Shown here: positions 34,894 to 45,230 of the stretch, piece by piece
How the letters are laid out: each line of letters begins with the position of its first letter
Numbering within the stretch: the stretch's first letter is position 1
Origin: an uncultured Bacilli bacterium
Lineage (GTDB): Bacteria > Bacillota_I > Bacilli_A > RFN20 > CAG-288
DNA length: 64,000 nucleotides
Direction: 5' to 3'
NCBI GenBank assembly: GCA_963544395.1
Contig: CAUUFA010000008.1
Location: 12,243 to 76,242, forward strand
Made by a program: the position numbers and the translations under genes
The notes under the pieces: generated by a model
Database searches by the model: none
What the model saw: only the letters and a program-made list of their open reading frames with translations
Told to the model about the DNA's origin: nothing

Positions 34894-37572
34894 ATGGCAG
34901 AAGAAAACGAAAAGAAAGACCTGCAGCCAGAAGAGGAAACCTCTGCTGATGCTGCTAATCCGACACCGGAAGACGAGTGCTCTTCGGTCGTTCCCGGCCT
35001 GAAGAAAGGCATCGTTCCCGGCATCTCTTCCGATGAGTTCGGCAAAGAGATCAAGAGCTCCTTCCTCGATTATGCAGTCTCGACCTTGACCAGCCGAGCC
35101 ATCCCGGATGCCAGAGATGGCATGAAGCCGGTTCAGAGACGTATCATCTACGATATGTGGAACATGGGCATCACGCCGGATAAGCCGTTCAAGAAGAGCG
35201 CGCGTGTCGTCGGTGATGTCATGGGTAAGTTCCATCCGCATGGCGACTCCTCCATCTACATGGCAATGTGCCGTCTGGCTCAGGATTTTGCGATGCGTTA
35301 CACTCTCGTTCAGGGCCACGGCAACTTCGGTACACCCGATGGGGATGAGCCTGCTGCCTCCCGTTATACAGAGGCGAGGCTCTCAAAGCTCGCTCTGGAT
35401 ATGACGAGAGATATCGACAAAGATACCGTGCCGTTTGTGGAAACCTACGACGCGGAAGGTCAGGAACCGACGGTGCTTCCCGCCCGCTTCCCGAACCTGC
35501 TCTGCAATGAATCCTCGGGTATCGCTGTCGGTATGGCGACCTCCATTCCGCCGCACAACCTCTCTGAGACAGTCAGCGCTGTCCAGGCTCTGATCAAGAA
35601 TCCGGAGATGGATACGCTTGAACTTATGGAGATTGTCAAAGGTCCGGATTTCCCCGGCGGTGGCATCATCATGGGAAGGGCGGGCATCCGAAAGTACTAT
35701 GAGACCGGACGCGGTTCGGTCAAAGTCAGAGCTAAGTATCATGTCGAAGAGAAGAACGGACACGAAGAGCTTGTCTTCACCGAGCTTCCTTATATGGTCA
35801 ACAAGCGCGATCTTTCCAAAAAGATCGTCGATCTGAGCGATGGCAAGGTCATCCAAGGCATATCCTCGGTCGCCGACTACTCCTCTCAGAAGATGGGAAC
35901 GCACTTTGTCGTCGTCCTCAAGAAGGGATCCTCCGCGGACATCATCGCCAACCAGCTCTTCCGCTACACCCCGCTTCAGTCCAACTTTGCGGTCAATATG
36001 CTAGCGCTTGACAAGGGAACACCGAAAATCCTCTCGATGAAGCAGGCGCTTCAGATCTACATCGATTTCCAGGAGGAGATCATCACCCGTCGGACCAAGT
36101 TCGATCTGAACAAAGCCAGCAACAGAATACACATCCTCGATGCGATCATCACGGTTGCCGACGCAATCGATGAGACGGTCAGGATCATCCGCAGCGCCTC
36201 TACAGACGAAGAGGCAGCTCTGAAGCTGACGGAGCGCTTCGGCTTCGATGATGCGCAGAACAAAGCCATCCTCGATATGCCGCTTAGAAGGCTCACCGGT
36301 CTGCAGCAGCAGAAGTATCTCGATGAGAGAAGCGGGCTGCAGAAGGACTGCGAGCACTACAACGAGATCTTGAATTCTCAGAGTGTCCTTGAGGACACCC
36401 TCATCGAAGAGCTCGATCAGATCAAGAAGAGCTACGGCGATCCAAGAAGAACCGAGATCTCCGATGTTGATTACGACGAGTCGGATGAGGATCTCATCCC
36501 CAACAAGGAGATCCTGATCATTCTGACCAAGGCCGGTTACATCAAGCGGATCGATCCTTCTGAATTCAAGGCGCAGAACCGCGGCGGCATCGGGGTCAAA
36601 GGCATGTCGACCAAGGACAACGATGATGTCGATATTCTCCGTCACTCGAAGAATAAGACGGACGTCCTCTTCTTCACGAATTTAGGCAAGGTCTATCGTT
36701 GCCGCGGCTACCAGATCCAGGAGGGAAGCCGCACTTCCAAGGGCATCCCAGTCGTCAATTTCCTCTCCTTGGAGAAAGACGAGAGAGTCAGCGCCATCAT
36801 CTCGATGGATGAGTATGATGACGATCATTATCTCTTCTTCGCCACCAAGCAAGGCGTGGTCAAACGCACCTTGGCTTCGGAGTTCAAGCTGATCCGCTCC
36901 AACGGAAAGATCGCGATCAGCCTCCGGGAGGGCGATGAGCTCATCAACGTCAAGCCCACCGACGGAAATGCCGTCATCTCCTTAGCCTCCAACTACGGAA
37001 AGGTCTGCTCCTTCTACGAGAACTCCGTCCGCTGCATGGGCAGAACGGCAAGCGGTGTCAAAGGTATGGATCTTCCCGAGGATGGCTACATCATCGGTGT
37101 TGTCACTTCGATTGAAGGTTCTAAGATTTTCTCTCTATCCAACAACGGATACGGCAAGATCACAGACGGTGAAGAATACCGAATCACCAACCGTGGATCC
37201 AAGGGTGTCACCGGATTAAGGGCTACTGATAAGAACGGCGGTCTCGTCACCATCAAGAACGTCAGAGGCGATGAGGATATCATCATCATCACCGATGCCG
37301 GAACCACCATTCGGACCTCGCTTTCTCAGATCCATGAGACAAGCCGTGTCACCGCTGGTGTCAAAGTCATCACGCTGAGAGAAAAGGAGAACATCTCTTC
37401 CTGCTCGATCCTTCCTTCGGACTCCGAGTATGAGGCAACTGAGCCGGTGAGTGAAGAGACTGCCTCTTCTACGGACGATGATCCCGCCTTAAAGGAGCTT
37501 CTGCGTCGCGCCGAGCTCTCTCAGGACGATGATAACTCTTCCGACAACGGCTCTTCGTCGGACGAAGACTAA
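34894..37572 (+). CDS. gyrA: DNA gyrase subunit A with a ~45-aa N-terminal extension and an acidic C-terminal tail
   Basis: [12 protein letters not shown], catalytic-Tyr region [10 protein letters not shown] and C-terminal beta-pinwheel repeats. AAGGAGGG SD. Confidence 0.96.
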   Translation: MAEENEKKDLQPEEETSADAANPTPEDECSSVVPGLKKGIVPGISSDEFGKEIKSSFLDYAVSTLTSRAIPDARDGMKPVQRRIIYDMWNMGITPDKPFKKSARVVGDVMGKFHPHGDSSIYMAMCRLAQDFAMRYTLVQGHGNFGTPDGDEPAASRYTEARLSKLALDMTRDIDKDTVPFVETYDAEGQEPTVLPARFPNLLCNESSGIAVGMATSIPPHNLSETVSAVQALIKNPEMDTLELMEIVKGPDFPGGGIIMGRAGIRKYYETGRGSVKVRAKYHVEEKNGHEELVFTELPYMVNKRDLSKKIVDLSDGKVIQGISSVADYSSQKMGTHFVVVLKKGSSADIIANQLFRYTPLQSNFAVNMLALDKGTPKILSMKQALQIYIDFQEEIITRRTKFDLNKASNRIHILDAIITVADAIDETVRIIRSASTDEEAALKLTERFGFDDAQNKAILDMPLRRLTGLQQQKYLDERSGLQKDCEHYNEILNSQSVLEDTLIEELDQIKKSYGDPRRTEISDVDYDESDEDLIPNKEILIILTKAGYIKRIDPSEFKAQNRGGIGVKGMSTKDNDDVDILRHSKNKTDVLFFTNLGKVYRCRGYQIQEGSRTSKGIPVVNFLSLEKDERVSAIISMDEYDDDHYLFFATKQGVVKRTLASEFKLIRSNGKIAISLREGDELINVKPTDGNAVISLASNYGKVCSFYENSVRCMGRTASGVKGMDLPEDGYIIGVVTSIEGSKIFSLSNNGYGKITDGEEYRITNRGSKGVTGLRATDKNGGLVTIKNVRGDEDIIIITDAGTTIRTSLSQIHETSRVTAGVKVITLREKENISSCSILPSDSEYEATEPVSEETASSTDDDPALKELLRRAELSQDDDNSSDNGSSSDED

Positions 37573-37594
37573 CCGCTGATCGTTTGACGGTCCC

Positions 37595-37632
37595 AGGCAG
37601 AAACCTTGCTATGCGCAGGCTTCTGCCTTTTT
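37595..37632 (+). terminator. rho-independent terminator after gyrA
   Basis: AGGCAGAA (37595..37602) pairs with TTCTGCCT (37621..37628), followed by TTTTT. Confidence 0.8.
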
Positions 37633-37659
37633 CCGTGGTGAAGAGAAAGTCCGTTGGTT

Positions 37660-37665
37660 TATAAT
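37660..37665 (+). promoter_or_regulatory. -10 box (TATAAT) 8 nt upstream of the ATG at 37674, with no SD
   Basis: TATAAT-gaagccac-ATG. The -35 is weak. Confidence 0.4.
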
Positions 37666-37673
37666 GAAGCCAC

Positions 37674-38606
37674 ATGAAAACGTATTTCCTCGGCTTTGAC
37701 AAAGGTCGCTTGAGCAGCTCTTTCAGCTACATCGTCAGAAACAGCATCGTCTCCTCGCTATTATCCCGAGGTGATAAGGTCACATTCTCTCTCGACGACG
37801 CTTTTGATGTCGCCTTGATCGGATCGGCAGAAGACTGCTTTCCTCTTTATCCGACGCTGGTGAAAAAGCGTATTCCTTATGAGATTCTTGCCTGCAATGA
37901 TGCCGATGATTTTCTCTATACGAAAAGCGGAGTGAGGCTGACGCAGAACGCGTACAACTTCTATCGGAAAGCGGCCAGGATCCTGATCCATTATCCTTCG
38001 CAGAAGGAGTTTCTATCGAAGAACGGAATCGAAGGTGAAATCGCCTTGCTTCCGCCGATGTTCTCTCAGAAAGAGGAGGCGAATCTCAGCGAGACAGAGA
38101 AGAGAGCCTTCCGCTCGTTCTATCAGATCGCACCGGAGAAGAAGATCGTCCTCTCCTATGGCAGCTATGACAATCCACATGTCATTGAGATCGAGTCTGT
38201 CGCCAGGATGAATCCGGAGTGTCAGTTCCTCTTCTTCGGAAGAGGATCGAAGAAGTTCCTCTCTCTGAATATGATGGACCGCCTGATGCGGGCACCTAAC
38301 ATCCGCTATCTCTCTGTCCTTCCTCAGGAGCTCTACCGCTCTGCTCTCTGTAGCATCGCCGGTGTCCTCTTCATGGAAAACACCATCTCCTTCCCTTGCT
38401 TCCTCTTCGATCTGATTGAAAACGAGGTGCCGATCATCTCGTATCGAAACAAAGCTCTGCCTGAGCTCATCTCAGCGAAAACGGCGCTGACACCGAATGA
38501 TTTTTTCTCTCTTTACCGCGATATCACCTCGCTGATGACTTCAGAAAGGACAAAGGCGGCAAAGGAGATTCTTCATCAGCAGCTTCGCACCTTCCAACTT
38601 GAATAA
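37674..38606 (+). CDS. putative glycosyltransferase (GT-B, GT4-like C-terminal half)
   Basis: 310 aa. The C-terminal region has an E-x7-E-like motif (FLFDLIENEVPII). The assignment is weak. Confidence 0.45.
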   Translation: MKTYFLGFDKGRLSSSFSYIVRNSIVSSLLSRGDKVTFSLDDAFDVALIGSAEDCFPLYPTLVKKRIPYEILACNDADDFLYTKSGVRLTQNAYNFYRKAARILIHYPSQKEFLSKNGIEGEIALLPPMFSQKEEANLSETEKRAFRSFYQIAPEKKIVLSYGSYDNPHVIEIESVARMNPECQFLFFGRGSKKFLSLNMMDRLMRAPNIRYLSVLPQELYRSALCSIAGVLFMENTISFPCFLFDLIENEVPIISYRNKALPELISAKTALTPNDFFSLYRDITSLMTSERTKAAKEILHQQLRTFQLE

Positions 38607-38657
38607 ACCCAGCGAAAAGACTAAAATTTTAGCGTCGTATATAAGGAGAAAAACAAC

Positions 38658-39980
38658 ATGCTCGATGTGAATTATGTGATCGATCATCTAGATGAAGTCA
38701 TCCGCCGTCTGGAGACCAGAACCGGGGATTACTCTTATCTGAGAGAGCTTCCTGTTCTGGATGGCAGAAGGAAGGAGCTCATCATGAGAGGCGATTCTCT
38801 GAAGGCGGAGCGCAACGCTCAGTCCAAGGAGATCGGAAAGCTGAAGGCTCAGCATAAGGACGAAGAGGCTAACGCCGCTTTGGCCAGAGTTTCTTTCGAC
38901 AAAGAGGAGATCGCCAAAGCCGATAAGGAGAGAGAGGAGATCGAGGCCAAAATCCATGAGATGATGCTCAAGACCCCGAACATCCCACACGATTCACTTC
39001 CGATCGGACCGGATGATTCCTGCAACCGGACCGAGAAGTACTGGGGCGAGCCGAGAGTCTTTGATTTCAAGCCCCTCTCTCACTGGGAGTTAGGTCAGAA
39101 GTCCGGCGGCTTCGATGTGGAGCGGGCCGCGAAGGTCACCGGCTCGAGGTTCACATTCTATCTCGGTGCGTATGCGAAGCTTGAGCGGGCTTTGGCTTCC
39201 TTCATGCTCGATACACACACAGAAGCCGGCTACACGGAAGTTCTGCCTCCGTTCTTAGTCAACACGGATTCTCTGACCGGTTCGGGTCAGCTTCCGAAGT
39301 TCGCTGATCAGGCCTATATGACCAACAACACCGGCGAAGAGTACTGGCTGATTCCGACCGCTGAGGTTCCTGTCACCAACTACTACCGCGGAGAGATTCT
39401 CTCGGCGGACGATCTTCCGAAGTGGTTCTGCGCCTACTCCTCCTGCTTCCGCGCCGAAGCCGGCGCTGCGGGAAGAGATACCAGAGGCATCATCCGTCAG
39501 CATCAGTTCCAGAAGGTCGAGCTCGTCAAATACTGTCTCCCGGAGACCTCCTTCGATGAACTGGAGTCATTGACGGAAGAAGCGGAGAAAATATTGGAAC
39601 TCCTGAAACTTCCGTATCGCCGTGTCTGCCTCAGCACCGGAGACTTAGGCTTCAATGCCGCCAAGTGCTACGATCTCGAAGTCTGGCTTCCTTCCTACAA
39701 CAACTACGAAGAGAAGGATGGAAAGTGGGCTTCTTCAACCAAGGTGTACAAGGAGATTTCCTCCTGCTCCAACGATACGGACTATCAGGCGAGACGTATG
39801 AACATCCGCTTCAAGAGAAGCAAGGATGCCAAGACCGAGTTCGTCCATATGCTCAACGGCTCCGGTCTCGCTGTCGGAAGAACGACAGCGGCTGTCTTAG
39901 AGAACTACCAGAACGCCGATGGCTCGATCACGGTTCCGGAAGTGCTCAGAAAATACATCGGATCCGATATCATCAAGTAG
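38658..39980 (+). CDS. serS: seryl-tRNA synthetase
   Basis: N-terminal coiled-coil arm and class II motifs ([25 protein letters not shown] ; GSGLAVGRT). AAGGAG SD. The upstream gap of ~50 nt is too short for a T-box. Confidence 0.95.
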   Translation: MLDVNYVIDHLDEVIRRLETRTGDYSYLRELPVLDGRRKELIMRGDSLKAERNAQSKEIGKLKAQHKDEEANAALARVSFDKEEIAKADKEREEIEAKIHEMMLKTPNIPHDSLPIGPDDSCNRTEKYWGEPRVFDFKPLSHWELGQKSGGFDVERAAKVTGSRFTFYLGAYAKLERALASFMLDTHTEAGYTEVLPPFLVNTDSLTGSGQLPKFADQAYMTNNTGEEYWLIPTAEVPVTNYYRGEILSADDLPKWFCAYSSCFRAEAGAAGRDTRGIIRQHQFQKVELVKYCLPETSFDELESLTEEAEKILELLKLPYRRVCLSTGDLGFNAAKCYDLEVWLPSYNNYEEKDGKWASSTKVYKEISSCSNDTDYQARRMNIRFKRSKDAKTEFVHMLNGSGLAVGRTTAAVLENYQNADGSITVPEVLRKYIGSDIIK

Positions 39981-39988
39981 ACGAAACG

Positions 39989-40022
39989 AGGCTGAGAGAA
40001 TCCGTTCTCTCAGCCTTTTTTC
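39989..40022 (+). terminator. rho-independent terminator after serS
   Basis: 12-bp stem AGGCTGAGAGAA, loop tccg, TTCTCTCAGCCT, followed by T6. Confidence 0.9.
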
Positions 40023-40455
40023 TTTGAAGCAAAACAGAAAGTTGACAGGGTCAGCACGACACCGAGGCTTGTTTTGAATAGGCGAAAACCGTCTTTGAAG
40101 CTACGAATCGCCAGCCACCTATTTTGAAGAAAAACACAAGCAAGCTAAAGAGTTATGCTAAAGAGACTGCGGTGATTCCAAAGGCTGCGGTCCCTGAGTT
40201 TTTCAGAGTCAGTTATAGCATCAAACGAGGGTGGCCAGATAAATGCGGCTTTGAGGCATTACCATGGGGGACGGTTTAACAAAACGACTCTGCAAATCGA
40301 TCGACCACAACTCTTTTTTGCAGCCACATTTTCCGGCGAAGTTGAGTCATCAACATGTAAGCGGTATGGATGTTGATTGCAGATTTAAAATGATACTCTA
40401 TTGCAATCCCATAAAACGAAGCAATCAAAAGTTTTGGCGGTCTATTTATGACTGT

Positions 40456-41466
40456 TCAGAGCAGTTCTACCCCTTGTTTTTTCAGTTCAAGAAGATCTTT
40501 TTCGCTCCAGAGCGAGGTCTGAGCCTCACCGATATGGGCTTTCTCAAGATAGAACATACAGAGCCTCGACTGTCCGATGCCTCCGCCGATGGTGTAAGGC
40601 AGGACTTTCTGAATGATGTTCTGCGTATAGGGAGAGAAGAGCTTCACTTCGTCATGCTGATATGAGAGCTGTTTCTGAATCGAGGTCTCATCGACGCGGA
40701 TACCCATAGAGGAAATCTCAAACGCTCGGTTGAGCAGCGGATGATAAAAGAGGATGTCGCCGTTCATATTCCAGTCATCATAATCAGCTGCCCTGCCATC
40801 ATGGGGGTTGCCATCTTTCAAAGGCCAGCCGATCTGATAAAGGAAGACAGCGCGATAGGTTTTTGCAATCTCGTTCTCCCGCTCTTTCCGGATGAGGGTC
40901 GGATAGCGATCCTCAAGCTCGGATGTCGAGATGAAGGTGATCTCCTCCGGAAGCTTGGTGCTGAAGACCTGGTATCGTTCATTGACTTCCTCTTCCTCTT
41001 TCTTCAGGGCAGCATAGATGCTCCGAACCGTCTCAAAGAGGAAAGGAAGCGTGCGATCTTCCCGGCGAATGACTTTCTCCCAGTCCCATTGATCCACATA
41101 GATAGAATGAAGGTTGTCGAGCTCTTCATCCCGGCGGATGGCATTCATATCGGTGTAGATGCCTTCCCCAACCTGAAACCCGTAATCGTGAAGTGCATTG
41201 CGCTTCCACTTCGCCAAGGACTGAACGATCTGAATCTGACCGGAAAGGTCCTTCGCTGTGAATTCGACTTTACGCTCGACGCCGTTGAGATCATCGTTCA
41301 GGCCAGTGTTCTGCAAGACGAAGAGGGGCGCAGAGACTCTCGTCAGTCCTAAGGCATCGGAAAGTTTGTGTTGGAAGCCGTCCTTGATGAATTTGATGGC
41401 CCTTTGGGTCTCGACAAGACCTAAGAGGCTATGATAATTTCTGATTTTGAAAACCATGTTTATCAT
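40456..41466 (-). CDS. asnA: aspartate-ammonia ligase (asparagine synthetase A)
   Basis: 336 aa. IQIVQSLAKWKR, class-II aaRS-like core and C-terminal GGGIGQSRLCM, all typical of AsnA. Confidence 0.9.
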   Translation of the reverse strand: MINMVFKIRNYHSLLGLVETQRAIKFIKDGFQHKLSDALGLTRVSAPLFVLQNTGLNDDLNGVERKVEFTAKDLSGQIQIVQSLAKWKRNALHDYGFQVGEGIYTDMNAIRRDEELDNLHSIYVDQWDWEKVIRREDRTLPFLFETVRSIYAALKKEEEEVNERYQVFSTKLPEEITFISTSELEDRYPTLIRKERENEIAKTYRAVFLYQIGWPLKDGNPHDGRAADYDDWNMNGDILFYHPLLNRAFEISSMGIRVDETSIQKQLSYQHDEVKLFSPYTQNIIQKVLPYTIGGGIGQSRLCMFYLEKAHIGEAQTSLWSEKDLLELKKQGVELL

Positions 41467-41503
41467 TTTACGCTTCCTGGAGGAAGACCGTTATGGTTTT
41501 CTG

Positions 41504-41532
41504 TTGTTTTTCCGGGTTTGAATATCTAAAAT
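41504..41532 (+). promoter_or_regulatory. promoter TTGTTT-17-TAAAAT ending 9 nt before the MATE ATG (no SD)
   Basis: TTGTTT at 41504..41509, TAAAAT at 41527..41532, ATG at 41542. Confidence 0.45.
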
Positions 41533-41541
41533 CTTTTCGTC

Positions 41542-43026
41542 ATGAGCCTCGTCAGCAAAATCAAAAGACTGTTTGACCCGGTCGATCTCACCAAGGGAAA
41601 CATTCTGAAAATCATCGTTCCGTTCCTGATTCCGATCGTGCTGAGCGCCTTGTTTCAGCAGCTGTACTCTCTGACAGATACAGTCATCGTCGGAAAGACG
41701 CTCAATCCAAACGAGGTGGCCGGTGTCAACGATGTCGTATCGATGGCCGGGCTTGTCCTCAACTTCACCATCGGATGTACGGCAGGCTTCTCTGTCATCA
41801 TGTCGAGAGCGATCGGCGCCAAAGATGCTGAGCGGACAAGGAAGTCGCTCTTTGTTCAGATCCTGCTCTCGTTCCTTGTCTCCTTGGTTCTCACGGCAAT
41901 CAGTTATCTGATGATCGATACGCTTCTTTCCTGGATCCGCATCTATCCGAGCCAGAGCGACGCGAACATGCAGGAAATCTATATTGCCGCAAGGACGTAT
42001 CTGCGTGTCATCTTCCTCTTCGGCATCCTCTCACAGATGATGTACAACCTATTCACTTCCATCCTTCGGGGAATCGGCGACTCTTTCATCCCTTTCCTGT
42101 TTTTGATTGCCTCGACCCTGCTCAACATCGGTTTGGACCTCTTGTTCATCCTGGTTTTTCATTGGGGCGTCAGAGGCAGCGCTATCGCCACCGTGCTTTC
42201 GGAAGCGATCGCCGCTTTGGCCACTTTCCTCTATCTGCAGCTCCGTTACCCGCAGCTGCGTTTTAGAAAAGAGGATATGCACGTCGACTTCCCTTTTGTC
42301 TTTCAGCATCTTCGACTTGGCATCCCGCTTGGATTCCAATGGTCGATCCTCTTCATCGGAATCGTCATCATGCAAGCAGCTGTCATCCCCTTCGATATGG
42401 ATCCAAACGGCATCGTCGTCTTGGGCAATCCGGCCCAGGTCGGATATGGTGTCTCCAACAAGCTGGGTGGTTTCCTTATGACATTCTTCTCCGCCATCGG
42501 AAACGGGCTTCTTTCCTTCGTGTCTCAGAATGATGGGGCGAAGGCTTATCAAAGAATCCGGGACGGATATAGGATCATGACCTGGATGACGGTCATCATC
42601 GCGGTGATGATGACTGCCCTCGGTTTCTTATTGACGATCAACGGGGCTTATCAACACATCTTCTTATCCCCGGATAAGATCACAGATGCGACCATCCGCT
42701 TTGGTAACCTCTACCTTTACACTGCGCTTCCTTTCTATATCCCTCTCGGCCTGATCTATGTCGGACGCAACTTCATGCAGGCGGTGGAGAAGCCGCTTTA
42801 TCCGCTTCTTTCCGGTGTCGTTGAACTTTTAGCCAGAACGCTCATCTGCCTGTTCCTTCCGGCGTTGATCAATCACGGTCCTATCACCTCGCTTGCCAGC
42901 GATGCCAGTTATGTCGCTGTATGCTTAGCGGATCCTGTCACCTGGATTCTCTCAGGGCTGACTGTCGTCATCCCTAGCCTTTTCTTCTTAAAACGGATGC
43001 CGAAGGAAACGGAAAACGAGATCTGA
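41542..43026 (+). CDS. MATE-family efflux transporter (paralog of 28776..30176)
   Basis: 494 aa, 12-TM profile, MATE-like N-terminus (ILKIIVPFLIPIVLSALFQQLYSLTDTVIVGK). Confidence 0.88.
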   Translation: MSLVSKIKRLFDPVDLTKGNILKIIVPFLIPIVLSALFQQLYSLTDTVIVGKTLNPNEVAGVNDVVSMAGLVLNFTIGCTAGFSVIMSRAIGAKDAERTRKSLFVQILLSFLVSLVLTAISYLMIDTLLSWIRIYPSQSDANMQEIYIAARTYLRVIFLFGILSQMMYNLFTSILRGIGDSFIPFLFLIASTLLNIGLDLLFILVFHWGVRGSAIATVLSEAIAALATFLYLQLRYPQLRFRKEDMHVDFPFVFQHLRLGIPLGFQWSILFIGIVIMQAAVIPFDMDPNGIVVLGNPAQVGYGVSNKLGGFLMTFFSAIGNGLLSFVSQNDGAKAYQRIRDGYRIMTWMTVIIAVMMTALGFLLTINGAYQHIFLSPDKITDATIRFGNLYLYTALPFYIPLGLIYVGRNFMQAVEKPLYPLLSGVVELLARTLICLFLPALINHGPITSLASDASYVAVCLADPVTWILSGLTVVIPSLFFLKRMPKETENEI

Positions 43027-43082
43027 AAATCAGGTGCTTGGGAACAGAAAAGATAAAATTCAACGCAAATCGAATTCGACAT

Positions 43083-43110
43083 TTGCATTTGACTTACAAA
43101 ACGATATAAT
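43083..43110 (+). promoter_or_regulatory. candidate promoter of rpmG-secE-nusG
   Basis: TTGCAT (43083..43088), a 16-nt spacer, then TATAAT (43105..43110). Confidence 0.5.
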
Positions 43111-43118
43111 AAGAATGT

Positions 43119-43144
43119 AACCCGTCCGACCGGGTTTTTTATTT
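43119..43144 (+). terminator. terminator-like hairpin between the candidate promoter and rpmG
   Basis: AACCCG, loop tccgac, CGGGTT, followed by TTTTTTATTT. Confidence 0.6.
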
Positions 43145-43165
43145 GACCAGAAGAGAGGTGCCAAA

Positions 43166-43315
43166 ATGAGCCGAGAAAAAGTTTCCCTGGTCTGCACAGA
43201 ATGTGGTTCTCGCAACTACAACGCCACCAAGAAAAGTGGCGATCCTGTCAGATTGGAAGTCAGCAAATTCTGTCCGAAATGCGGAAAGCACACATTGCAT
43301 AGGGAGGGCAAGTGA
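43166..43315 (+). CDS. rpmG: 50S ribosomal protein L33
   Basis: Not in the ORF track because it is under 60 aa. Read by hand as [49 protein letters not shown], with CxxC...CxxC Zn-ribbon. GAGAGG SD. The TGA stop overlaps the secE ATG. Confidence 0.9.
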   Translation: MSREKVSLVCTECGSRNYNATKKSGDPVRLEVSKFCPKCGKHTLHREGK

Positions 43316-43566
43316 TGAATAAATTCACAAAATACTTCCGCGGCGTCAACGAGGAAGCGAAGCGCATCCGTTGGCCTGACAGGAAGACGTTATGGAAATC
43401 CGTCGCTATCGTTCTCATCATCTCGGTCATCGCCGCCTTGGCGATCGCAGGATCGGATGGTCTTGCCATTCAGATCAACAAGGCGTTCCGCATCGCCTTC
43501 CCGGAGAAGACTAGCTCTAGTTCCGGTGCAACTGCGGCAATTCAATGGTTAAAAGGAGTAATGTAA
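43312..43566 (+). CDS. secE: preprotein translocase subunit SecE
   Basis: Single [16 protein letters not shown] motif, position between rpmG and nusG. Confidence 0.88.
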   Translation: MMNKFTKYFRGVNEEAKRIRWPDRKTLWKSVAIVLIISVIAALAIAGSDGLAIQINKAFRIAFPEKTSSSSGATAAIQWLKGVM

Positions 43567-43567
43567 T

Positions 43568-44287
43568 ATGAATGAAGAAAAAACCTCTGTCGAGACCTCT
43601 CTCGACGATGAAAATCTTGACGAGCAGACCTACAATCCTCTGATCGGTGAGGTCAACCCGGATGAAGCGAAGGACACTGTCCTTCCGGAGAAGGCCTGGT
43701 ATGTCATCAACACCTTCGCCCAGCATGAATCTCAGGTCAAGGATAGGCTGATGAAGAGAGCCAAGGCGTTCAATATGGAAGATAAGATTTTCCGTATTGT
43801 CGTGGCCGACTATGAGGAGCAGGTCCTCGACAAGGAGACCGGCAAGCCTAAGATGAAGAAGGACAAGGCGACGGGTCAGATGGTTCCTGACATCAAAGTC
43901 AAGAACTACTATCCGGGCTATATCTTCGTGGAAATGATCATGACCGATGAAACTTGGTTCGTCGTCCGTAACACGGAAGGCGTCTCGGGTATCACCGGGT
44001 CTTCCGGTAAGGGCGCAAAGCCATTCCCGATTCCCCGTGAGGAGATTGAACCTGTCCTCAAGCGGATGAAGATCAACGATCCGGATATCTATTCCGAGTA
44101 CAAGGTCGGCGATCTGGTGAAGATCCTCAACGGAACCTTTGCGGATTCCGAGGGTCAGATCACCTCGATCAACGCCGAGAACAGCTCAGTTCAGATTCAG
44201 ATCATGATGTTCGGTCGTCCGACGACCATCGACGCTTCCTTCTCTGATATCGAGAAAGCTCCGGAGAATCCGGATTACTCCGCCTGA
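43568..44287 (+). CDS. nusG: transcription termination/antitermination factor NusG (with an acidic N-terminal extension and an NGN insertion)
   Basis: NGN domain (WYVINTFAQHESQVKDRL) and KOW (GDLVKILNGTFADSEGQITSIN). Confidence 0.92.
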   Translation: MNEEKTSVETSLDDENLDEQTYNPLIGEVNPDEAKDTVLPEKAWYVINTFAQHESQVKDRLMKRAKAFNMEDKIFRIVVADYEEQVLDKETGKPKMKKDKATGQMVPDIKVKNYYPGYIFVEMIMTDETWFVVRNTEGVSGITGSSGKGAKPFPIPREEIEPVLKRMKINDPDIYSEYKVGDLVKILNGTFADSEGQITSINAENSSVQIQIMMFGRPTTIDASFSDIEKAPENPDYSA

Positions 44288-44296
44288 TCAGAAAAT

Positions 44297-45184
44297 ATGA
44301 CGAGCAAAGGATTTCTGATCATCGGAGGATCTAACGTCGACTACACAGCTATCTCAGACAAGAAGCTGATTGAACATGACTCCAATATCGGAACGCTGGA
44401 AATCTCGTTCGGCGGTGTCGGCAGAAACATCGCTGCAGATCTTTCCTTTCTCGGAAATCAGGTCTCGTTCATCACCTCAATCGGAAACGGGGCGAATGGA
44501 CTCGCTATGAAGAAGAGTTTAGAAGATCTCGGCGTGAAGGTTCATAACATTCAAAGCCAGTATCCGTCTTCTTCCTATATCGCACTGTTAGAACCTGACG
44601 GAGAGATGAGGTATGCTCTCTGTGATTCCAAAATCATGGACTCGATGAAGCCGGAGGGTCTTGAAGCCTATGATGCCTTGATTCAAGAGCACGACGCCAT
44701 CGTCATCGAAGCCAATCTCAATCAGCAGGTGATCGATTATCTCTTCTCACGCTATCCGGATCACGAATTCTTGGTGGAAGCTGTCTCCGCCAACAAGGTC
44801 ATCCGCTATCAGAAGCACTTAGCGGAGATTCAGTTCTTCAAATCCAACATCTATGAAGCCAGAGCTGTTCTGAATCTTGACGCCTCCAAAGAGGAGCTTG
44901 TCAAAGCTCTCTTAGAGAAAGGTGTGAAGAAGGTCGTCATCACGGATGGTCCGCACAGCATCGCTATCGGAGACGAAAACGGTGTCGCATGCATCGATGT
45001 GCCCCCGGCAAAGCTTGTCGTCTCAGAAAGCGGAGCAGGGGATGCGATGTTTGCCGGACTTCTCCATGGTCATCAGCAAGGCTGGTCGCTGATAGAGAGT
45101 GTCCGCTTCGGCATCCGGGTTTCGCAAAAAACGCTGGAGATTCCGGAGACGGTCAATCCCGCAATCGCTGAGTTTATCCGTTAA
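44297..45184 (+). CDS. PfkB-family carbohydrate kinase (pseudouridine-kinase-like)
   Basis: N-terminal GGSNVDY...SFGGVGRNIA and C-terminal GAGDAMFAGLL, both PfkB signatures. Confidence 0.8.
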   Translation: MTSKGFLIIGGSNVDYTAISDKKLIEHDSNIGTLEISFGGVGRNIAADLSFLGNQVSFITSIGNGANGLAMKKSLEDLGVKVHNIQSQYPSSSYIALLEPDGEMRYALCDSKIMDSMKPEGLEAYDALIQEHDAIVIEANLNQQVIDYLFSRYPDHEFLVEAVSANKVIRYQKHLAEIQFFKSNIYEARAVLNLDASKEELVKALLEKGVKKVVITDGPHSIAIGDENGVACIDVPPAKLVVSESGAGDAMFAGLLHGHQQGWSLIESVRFGIRVSQKTLEIPETVNPAIAEFIR

Positions 45185-45190
45185 CCATTC

Positions 45191-45230
45191 AAGCCGTCTA
45201 TCAGCTCTTGCTGATCTAGGCGGCTTTTTT
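45191..45230 (+). terminator. terminator after the PfkB kinase gene, overlapping the 3' end of the convergent pdxK
   Basis: AAGCCG...CGGCTT outer stem with an inner ATCAG/CTGAT stem, followed by T6. Confidence 0.7.

Noticed and set aside
40264-40300. GGGGGACGGTTTAAC... looked superficially like a tmRNA 5' end.
   Set aside because: There is no GGATTCGAC-type continuation, no tag-peptide reading frame ending in a stop, and no tRNA-like T-arm/ACCA 3' end anywhere in the 430-bp gap.
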